This document shows, piece after piece, positions 10,392 to 18,500 of a stretch of 64,000 nucleotides of DNA. Where the stretch lies: contig NZ_DCAO01000132.1 of the NCBI RefSeq assembly GCF_002311515.1, positions 21,032 to 85,031 of the forward strand, given 5' to 3'. Source of the stretch: Thalassospira sp. UBA1131 (GTDB lineage: Bacteria; Pseudomonadota; Alphaproteobacteria; Rhodospirillales; Thalassospiraceae). Made by a program: the position numbers and the translations under genes. Within the stretch, counting starts at the first letter, position 1. Each line of letters starts with the position of its first letter. A model generated the notes under the pieces. It was not told where the DNA came from. It saw only the letters and a list, made by a program, of their open reading frames with translations, and did not search any database.

Positions 10392-11036
10392 CTAGCCAGG
10401 GACTGGCGTGTTAAGCAGTTGCTGTTCCCATTGGAATGCGACACCACTCGCCCCGGCATGTTGCTTAAGTATCTCGGCAAGTTCGGGAATATGTTCTTCG
10501 CGCGCCCAGTCGCGTTGCCACTCGGAGGCCAGAGCCAGCCATGTCATCATATTCGCGCCTGCTGCGATCATCCGCTGGATAGCAACTTCATGTGCCTCGA
10601 CTGAAACACCGCCGCATGCATCGGTTACGACCGTGACATCCCACCCTTCGCCAAGGGCCTGAATGGTTGGCATGGCAACACAGACTTCGGTCCACAGACC
10701 CGCTATAACAAGTTGCTTGCGGCCCGTTTCCTTGACGACATCTACCACTTTTGGGTCTTGCCAGGTGTTGATCAAAGTACGGTCAATAATTTCCTGTCCG
10801 GGAAAAACATCGGTAATCTGGGGGAAAATGTTCCCGCCCTGACGTGCGATCACGGAAGTTAAGATGGTCGGTACGCCAAACGCCTTGGCAGCTTTTGCCA
10901 GTCCGACTGTGTTGTTAACCACCATATGGGGATCGTGGCTATTGAGGTTTGCCAGCTGGTAAGGTTGGTGGTCGATCAGCACAAGTACCGAGTCTTCAGG
11001 GCGAAGTAGCGAATCAAGGCCATTACGAATGCGCAT
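10392..11036 (-). CDS. second YcaC-like isochorismatase-family hydrolase
   Basis: 'LIDHQPYQ', 'DRTLINTW', 'GLWTEVC', 'EWQRDW'; start MRIRNG, since the ORF-track extension is antisense to the LysR. Confidence 0.88.
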   Translation of the reverse strand: MRIRNGLDSLLRPEDSVLVLIDHQPYQLANLNSHDPHMVVNNTVGLAKAAKAFGVPTILTSVIARQGGNIFPQITDVFPGQEIIDRTLINTWQDPKVVDVVKETGRKQLVIAGLWTEVCVAMPTIQALGEGWDVTVVTDACGGVSVEAHEVAIQRMIAAGANMMTWLALASEWQRDWAREEHIPELAEILKQHAGASGVAFQWEQQLLNTPVPG

Positions 11037-11181
11037 AGACTGTCCCTTTCGATATTCGAAACAGGGCTTGATTGCTCGAATTATTGTATTTTGCGCCCCG
11101 TGAAATGACAGTCGCAGGTCTCTGGATAAGACACTAGTGCCCGTATATGATATGCTGTGTCGCAGCACAGGGAACGCGAAA

Positions 11182-12069
11182 TTGGACATAGAAGAATTAG
11201 AAACATTTGTAGAAGTTGCTGACTCCGGGGGGATTTCTCCTGCCGCGCGTCGACTGGGTCTCTCCAAATCAATCGTCAGTCGGAGACTTTCACGCCTGGA
11301 ATCTGCGCTTGGTGTCCAGCTTCTGGCGCGCACGACCCGAGGTGCTGCACTTACCGAGGCCGGAGTGACGTTTCGTGAACATGCTGCGCGGATTCGTGAT
11401 GAATTAGAGTTGGCGAAGGACACACTGCTGCCAACCGGTGAGCTTTGCGGACGGCTTCGTATCGCCATGCCGCTTTCATTTGGTCCGACCCACTTTTCCC
11501 CTGTTCTTGCAAAAATGGCGCAACGCCATCCCCAGCTTCAAATCAATGCCTGCTATAGTGATCGTTTCGTAGACCTTATTGCCGAGGGGTTCGATTGCGC
11601 GATCCGGCTGGGTCACCTTCCTGACTCCAACCTGATTGCAAAGCGGTTTGCACCTATTCATGGCAAGCTCGTTGCGAGCCCCTCGTACATCGAGATGTAC
11701 GGTGCACCTGAAACGCCCGAAGATATTGTACTTCACCAAGCCGTTTTACAGGGTACGGAGTCATGGCATTTGATGGACGGTGACAAAATCGTCACAGTGC
11801 AGCCGCAAGGGCGTTTCAAGTCGGACAATGGCATAGCACTGACCGCCGCTGCGGCAGAAGGTCTTGGCATTGGATGTCTTCCCAATTGCCTTACCCACGA
11901 ATACTTGGTTTCCGGAGCCCTCGTTCCGGTGATGCCACAATATCCCCCAAAATCCGGAGGGGGCTTTGTGGTGCGACCACCGGGAAGTTACCCGGACCGC
12001 AAGGTGCGCATACTAACTGAAATGCTGATTGAGCATGTTCAGGCCAATCCCCATCTCTGGGAAAAATAG
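11182..12069 (+). CDS. LysR-family regulator (paralog A)
   Basis: Probable TTG start; HTH 'GISPAARRLGLSKSIVSRRLSRLE'; divergent from the YcaC-like gene. Confidence 0.9.
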   Translation: MDIEELETFVEVADSGGISPAARRLGLSKSIVSRRLSRLESALGVQLLARTTRGAALTEAGVTFREHAARIRDELELAKDTLLPTGELCGRLRIAMPLSFGPTHFSPVLAKMAQRHPQLQINACYSDRFVDLIAEGFDCAIRLGHLPDSNLIAKRFAPIHGKLVASPSYIEMYGAPETPEDIVLHQAVLQGTESWHLMDGDKIVTVQPQGRFKSDNGIALTAAAAEGLGIGCLPNCLTHEYLVSGALVPVMPQYPPKSGGGFVVRPPGSYPDRKVRILTEMLIEHVQANPHLWEK

Positions 12070-12274
12070 CCCTAACAAGCCAGCAAGCGCCAACCCGGTC
12101 ATCTCGGTCAGTCTTATTCCGAGCAGACATTCCACTTCGTGCGACACAGTTAAGCGCATAGCGTGACTAGCGCAGCGAAAAAACATCCGCCAGTGTGGAG
12201 TATCTTTCTGATCGGTAGTGCAATTTTGCCTGCTCGGCCTGCAAGGGCGCTAAGGACAAGTAAGGAGTGCGCGT

Positions 12275-13210
12275 ATGAGTTGGAACCCCGCATTGCAACC
12301 GGGCTGCCCCGATGATGTAGATACTGACGCGATTGAGACACTTATTGTCCCGCGTGCAAGAGACCTTGGCGATTTTGAGGTTCGTCGCGCCTTGCCTGCA
12401 CCAAAGCGGCAGATGGTCGGCCCCTTCATCTTCTTTGATCAAGCTGGACCGGCAGAATTTCTGACCGGCCGAGGTGTTGATGTAAGACCACACCCGCATA
12501 TCGGTCTTGGCACAGTCACGTACCTTTTCCGCGGTGATTTTCATCATCGGGATAGTACAGGGGCAGACCAGATCATTCGTCCCGGCGAGTTGAACTGGAT
12601 GGTTGCCGGGCGCGGTGTATCCCACTCAGAGCGTACGTCAGCGCAAGCCCGGTCCGGGCCCAACAGTTTGTTCGGAATACAAACTTGGCTCGCACTACCC
12701 GATCAGTACGAGGATATGGCCCCGACATTCGAACACCATAATCAAGAGACGCTGCCAATAATCGAGAATTCCGGCGTCAAGCTTCGACTTATTCTCGGCA
12801 ACGCCTATGGCAAGGTTGCACCTGCGACAATGCTCTCCGAGACCTTTTACGCCGATGTGATGATCGAAGCAGGAGGTCGATTGCCTTTGCCCGACAATCA
12901 CGAGGACAGAGGCATCTACATCGTCGAAGGTTCTATATTGATCGCCGGACAGGAGTATCAATCATCTCAAATGATGGTTTTCCGCCCCGGAGACAAAATC
13001 ACCGTATCGGCTGGTGAGAAAGGTGCTCGTATCATGATCCTCGGCGGCGCCACCCTTGAGGGTCCACGGTACATTTGGTGGAACTTCGTTGCCTCGTCAA
13101 AAGAGCGTATCGAAGAAGCCAAGGTCGAATGGCGCGCAGCAAACTGGGGCAAAGGACGTTTCGATCTGCCTATCAATGATCGTGATGAGTACATCCCCAT
13201 GCCTGATTGA
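12275..13210 (+). CDS. pirin-family bicupin protein
   Basis: 'PHPHIG', 'HRDS', 'WMVAGRGVSHSE', 'WWNFV'; AAGGAG RBS. Confidence 0.95.
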   Translation: MSWNPALQPGCPDDVDTDAIETLIVPRARDLGDFEVRRALPAPKRQMVGPFIFFDQAGPAEFLTGRGVDVRPHPHIGLGTVTYLFRGDFHHRDSTGADQIIRPGELNWMVAGRGVSHSERTSAQARSGPNSLFGIQTWLALPDQYEDMAPTFEHHNQETLPIIENSGVKLRLILGNAYGKVAPATMLSETFYADVMIEAGGRLPLPDNHEDRGIYIVEGSILIAGQEYQSSQMMVFRPGDKITVSAGEKGARIMILGGATLEGPRYIWWNFVASSKERIEEAKVEWRAANWGKGRFDLPINDRDEYIPMPD

Positions 13211-13402
13211 GCGGCGTCGAGGATAAACCTCAAAGACAGCCAAGTCGGTCCGGGGTTGCTTTAGCACTCATTTCGAAATGTCTTTTTCTGAGATCACAAC
13301 CAGTAACCGCTGTACATCTATGAGATGGATACGCTCAGTTTCGCGCGGAGTAAACCAACATACCGTGTCGTGCTGCTGTGTCGTGAAATAGAGAATGCCA
13401 AG

Positions 13403-14299
13403 TTGAATATAGAAGACTTAGAAACATTCGTCGTGGTTGCCGATGCGGGCGGAGTTTCTCCCGCTGCAAGACGGCTAGGTGTATCCAAATCAATTGTCAG
13501 TCGCAGGCTCTTTAGGCTTGAAGCAGCGCTTGGTGTTCAGCTTCTTGCTCGAACAACACGTGGTGCTGCCCTCACTGAATCCGGGGTTGCATTTCGTGAG
13601 CACGCCGCAAAGGTGAGTGCCGAAATCGAAATTGCGAGGGATACGATCATGCCCACGGGGGATCTTCGAGGGCGCCTGAGAATTGCCATGCCGCTCTCAT
13701 TGGGACCAACACACTTCGCCCCCGTTCTTGCGAAGATGGCGCAACGCTATCCCCAGCTTCAGCTACATGCTTGCTATAGCGACCGCATTGTTGACCTTAT
13801 CGCCGAAGGTTTTGATTGCGCGATCCGGGTCGGCTACCTTGAAAATTCCAATTTGCTCGCTAAACGCATTGGGCCCGTCTATTTGAAACTGGTCGCAAGC
13901 CCGTCTTATATCGAGACACATGGAGCGCCAGAAACGCCCAAGGAAGTCATGGCGCACCAGGCTCTAATGCAGGGAACAGAGTCCTGGAAATTTATGGATT
14001 GTGACAGGGTCGTCACGGTCCAGCCACAGGGGCGCTTTAAATCCGACAACGGCATCGCTCTTACCGCTGCGGCAACAGCCGGGCTTGGTATTGCCTACCT
14101 TCCCGACAGCTTGATCTGTGAATATTTGAGGTCGGGCGCCCTCATTACAGTTATGACTGGGTATCCTCCGCCGCCTGCCGCGGCGTATGTTGTCCGACCA
14201 CCCGGCCAGCACCCTGTGAGAAAAATCCAAGTGCTTACCGAAATGCTGATTGAGCATCTCGAACAAAATCCGTGTCTTCGGGGGAGGGCTGAAAATTGA
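13403..14299 (+). CDS. LysR-family regulator (paralog B)
   Basis: Collinear with and highly similar to 11182-12069; probable TTG start. Confidence 0.9.
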   Translation: MNIEDLETFVVVADAGGVSPAARRLGVSKSIVSRRLFRLEAALGVQLLARTTRGAALTESGVAFREHAAKVSAEIEIARDTIMPTGDLRGRLRIAMPLSLGPTHFAPVLAKMAQRYPQLQLHACYSDRIVDLIAEGFDCAIRVGYLENSNLLAKRIGPVYLKLVASPSYIETHGAPETPKEVMAHQALMQGTESWKFMDCDRVVTVQPQGRFKSDNGIALTAAATAGLGIAYLPDSLICEYLRSGALITVMTGYPPPPAAAYVVRPPGQHPVRKIQVLTEMLIEHLEQNPCLRGRAEN

Positions 14300-14470
14300 G
14301 AGCAGAGCTCTGACTAACGCGTAGAACTACATCTCAAAACGAATAAGAATTTATCTATGCAGTATTGAGCCGAACTGCAAAAACGCTCCCTACTCTAAAC
14401 GCCATGAGGCACAACGGCAGTTTGTCATTTCGCTCAATTTAGAGGGTATGACGAACCGTATGTTTGAAAT

Positions 14471-14603
14471 TGTCAGCTTTTCTGTCAATTATGCAGGTTT
14501 TTGTCATCTTTTGTGACAATCGATGACAACTTATCTGGCAATCGAAAATGCTAACCAACTGATTTTTCAAGAAGTCGAATTTCACCTTTTGTGGCACCTG
14601 ACA
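14471..14603 (-). mobile_element. Tn7-like transposon end, copy 1 (intact, 133 bp)
   Basis: Minus strand starts TGTCAGGT; four 18-bp sites at 14580-97, 14524-41, 14502-19, 14471-88; IHF consensus at 14552-64; 117/133 identical to copy 2 by hand count. Confidence 0.75.
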
Positions 14604-14729
14604 GTCATATAATATGATTATTTCCCGTGGTAACCTTTATCCTCATTCCAATCATCATACTTTAATGCACCGTTCCTCCCCGAGTGCCTGTCATAGTTCG
14701 GGGGCCTGCAGTGACTGCGTTTGCTGGAG

Positions 14730-15075
14730 CTACGTCAGAAGGCTCTTCGAATAATCGAACCCGTCCAGATATTTTGCCTGAATGAATCGCATGAAACGGT
14801 CATGAAACTAGCGGGTATGGGCGTGTGCGAGTTGATCGGCCTTTTCTGTATCCTTGATGCGGATGGCTTCGATCATGTCGGCATGTTCTGATGTCAGCAG
14901 AGCTTCTTCTGGTGATGACGACAGGTAGTCAAAATGCATGTGCAATAGACGTCGCCCTTCATCGAGCATGCGGGCATAGCCTTGCTTGAAGTATGGGTTT
15001 CCGCCGGCGGTTGCGATTGCGACATGGAAATCCCGATTGGACGCGGACATGCTCAGATAGTCGTTGGTCTTGCAC
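14730..15075 (-). pseudogene. GntR/FCD regulator 3' remnant with internal TAG
   Basis: FCD-like 'NRDFHVAIA...EHADMIEAI...AHAHTR', then TAG at 14808-10, then in-frame 'FHDRFMRFIQ...' to stop at 14730; no HTH domain. Confidence 0.65.
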
Positions 15076-15139
15076 CGACATGATATTATGCACCGAGCAT
15101 CCCATTTCAGTCACTACCGTGCTGACGCTTTATTTCGTT

Positions 15140-15241
15140 GCTACAGCGTCGGTTGAGGTGAAAACCGGTAAACGTCGTATCATCGAGTTCTTGCTTTCGC
15201 CCGTGATGAAGTACGGGGATGAGTCCCTCCGTGAACGTTAG
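15140..15241 (+). pseudogene. HlyD-type T1SS membrane fusion protein, C-terminal remnant
   Basis: 'ATASVEVKTGKRRIIEFLLSPVMKYGDESLRER*' matches the characteristic HlyD C-terminus; the rest of the gene is absent. Confidence 0.75.
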
Positions 15242-15596
15242 GGGATATGGGGATGTGGTGGTTTTGGAGCTACCAGAAATTCCCATTGCAATGGTCTGCT
15301 AAGCTCCGGCTATTTTGACATAGCGAGGAGTATTAGAGGTTATTATTTGCCAGAAACTCACGCTATACCTATGAGTGTTTATTTATACTAATAATAAACC
15401 TAAAGCATAGCCATAACTTCAAATGCAATCTTTAATTGTTAACTTGACTCTCCTTTAATTACAGGTCGTAGTATCTTTTATCCTTCTGATAGATATGGCT
15501 TTTCCGGAAGGCGGAGGCGGTTTTTGTCTAAAGGATACCAATTACGGTTCTTATATCAGAGATGTAAAATTTCCTTTGCTAACCGGAGAATGGTCG

Positions 15597-18500
15597 ATGT
15601 CAGTGAGCAGTTTGAACTGGGGTTCTGGTGGGATTGTCGGAGCCATCAATGAATTGATGGATAACGTCACAGGTGAGTCGCAAATTACCCATTCAGCGTT
15701 GGGGCTCATTTCCTTTTCCGATGTCGACATTGACCGGTATCACAGTATCACCGTGACAGGTCCTGATGGGGCTATTGGCGGATTTACCGCTATGGTTGCT
15801 GACCCGGCGACGGGTGACGGCTCAGGGACGGTTCTTTGGCAATATTCTGTTCCAGATGCGGCGACAGAGCATCTTGGCGAAGGTGAGACCGTAACCGAGG
15901 TCTTCACCATGCATTTGACAGATGATCAGGGCGAAGAAGTTACGCAGGACGTAACTGTTACGGTTACTGGCAAAAACGATGCGCCGGAAATCATCGCGCA
16001 CTCCCCTGATGTAACGATTACCGCATTGGCTGACGGTTCAGAAGGGGAAGGTGAGGCTACGCACACTGCGACGGGTTCTGTTGAGTTCGATGATCTTGAC
16101 CTCACAGACTCTCATACCCTGACCGTTTTTTCGCCATATGGACACAGAGGCGAGCTTGTTGCCAACATCGTGCAGTCCGCAACAGGTGACGGCACGGGGG
16201 TGATTGAATGGAGCTATGTCGTTTCTGATGGTTCACTGGACGATCTGTCGTCTGGCGATACTTTTATTGAGAATTTCCTGCTGCAGATCGATGATGGACA
16301 CGGTGGTGTTGTCCTGACGTCTGTGAACGTGACATTGAGCGCGCCGGAAAACGCAGCCCCGGTCATTTCAGCCGACATCAGTGCTGCTCTTTCTGAAGAT
16401 GATGCACCGACGATTATCAATTTGCTCGCCAACGCAAGCGACAGCGACGGGGATGACCTTGATGTTCACAATGCGTCGATCAGCGTAAGTGATGGACGTC
16501 CTCTGGCCTATTCCCTGAGCTCGGAAACAGGTGGTCTGGCCTTTGATCCCGGCCAGTTCAATTACCTGACGGAAGGCGAAAGCGTAACAATCACCGTTTC
16601 TTATAATGTGACCGATGGATCGGCGACGGTGCCGGCTTCTGCGGTTATCGTCATAGAAGGGCGCAATGATGGTCCGGTCGCCGTTCAAGATGTGGTGCTG
16701 GCAACCGAAGATACGACAACCTCACCGGTTACAGGCAATGTTCTGTCGAACGATACAGATGTGGATGGCGATGCCCTTGAGGTCATTTCCGTAAATGGGG
16801 AGGCCGGGTATGTCGGGCAGCAGATCAATGGTGTTTATGGCCTGATCACAATCGGTGCGAATGGCAGCTACAGCTATGTTCTTGATAATGCGCGTCAGGC
16901 TGTTCAGGAACTGGCCGAAGGGCAGGTTGTTAGCGAAAGTTTCAGCTATCAGATCCGTGATGAACATGGCGAAACAGCCATTGCTTCAGTTGAAGTCACA
17001 GTGGTTGGAACGAATGACAGTCCTGTTGTTGCAGGCGTTGACCTTGGTGAGGTTGACGATGACGAAACCCGTATCATTACCGCAGCGGAGCTATTGGCAA
17101 ACAGCAGCGATATTGATGGTGATGCTCTGTCGGTTGTTTCCGTCTCTATCGCTGCCGAAGCAGGGTCGGTCTATGACAATGGTGACGGGACTTGGACCTT
17201 TGTCCCCCAACTGGGTTATGTTCAGGATGATGTACAGATCGAATTCGTCGTCTCTGACGGCACTGCGGAAACCACTGGAACGGCATCTATCGATGTGCTT
17301 CTGGGGAATGAAGCACCCGTTGCCGGTGATGACACGGTAGATGTATCTGCGAATGCGCCGACGGTGATTTCAGCAGAAGACCTTCTTGCCAATGATCAAG
17401 ACGTTGATGGTGATGCTCTTGAGATTGTGTCGGTTGAGGCTGGCGCGCATGGCACGGTGGCGCTGGATGAGGACGGGAATGTGGTCTTCACGCCGGAAGA
17501 TGGCTACACGGGCGATGCGTCCTTTAGTTACACGGTCTCAGATGGACAAGGTGGAACAGATAGCGCGACGGTGCAGGTTTCTGTTACGGAAGTCCAGGAT
17601 GAGGGCGGCAATGTCACCCCGAATGCCTCCGAGGTCTGGGACACGGCACAGCTGTCCAACGGTGGTCAGGTTGTTATCTGGCACAATGGTGAGGGGCTGA
17701 CGGGATCAAACATCTATGCCGGAGACGGCAGCGTTGTCAAAAGTCATTACAGATTGCCAGGTGATCCGACCAATCTTGCGGAATTGAAGGTCGAAGGCCT
17801 CGCCAATGGTGGCTTTGTTGTTGCGGGATTAAACAGTAACAATCGCGTTGTATTTGCCGTCTATAATAATGAGGGTCTGCTCTCGCGTTCATGGCAGCCG
17901 GTAATTTCCGAGAGTTATCCGCATGGAGTGCCTGATATCATCGCCACGCAAGGTGGTGGTTTTACGTTGGTGATGCATGGAAATCGAGGCACCTCTACAC
18001 GCTGGGACACTTTGGGACGCCGTTATGACGCAAATGGGAATGCGTTAGGTGATGTCTTTGAAATAAATGCACCAATTAATGGCGATACTCACGCGAATGG
18101 AATTGAGCTCGCCGATGGTAGGTTGATGCTGTTTTCTGTCCACAGGCTTCCCAATAATTGGCAGGTTACGGGTCAGGTCTTCTCTGCAGAAGGTTCAGCA
18201 TTGGGTGAAGCGTTTGACGTCGCTTCCTCGACCTCCGGGATTGACGATTTTGTCGTTGCGCCGATCCGCCTTAATGACGGGCGAATTGCGCTCACGGTTG
18301 GTGGGGAACTCCACATTTACAGTGTCGATGGCACTAACAGTGTCGTTGAAGATGTAACAGTATCGTTTGGCGAACTCGGTGGCAGTGCCATTTCTGATCT
18401 GGTTGCCTTGGCTGATGGCGGCGTGTTTGTCCTTTATACCCGGGAGGAAGGGGATGAATATCAGGTCTTTGGTCAGCGCTATGATGCAAGTGGCAACCTT

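Noticed and set aside
11037-11468. Long N-terminal extension of the second YcaC ORF
   Set aside because: Overlaps the divergent LysR antisense; RBS and family start are at 11036
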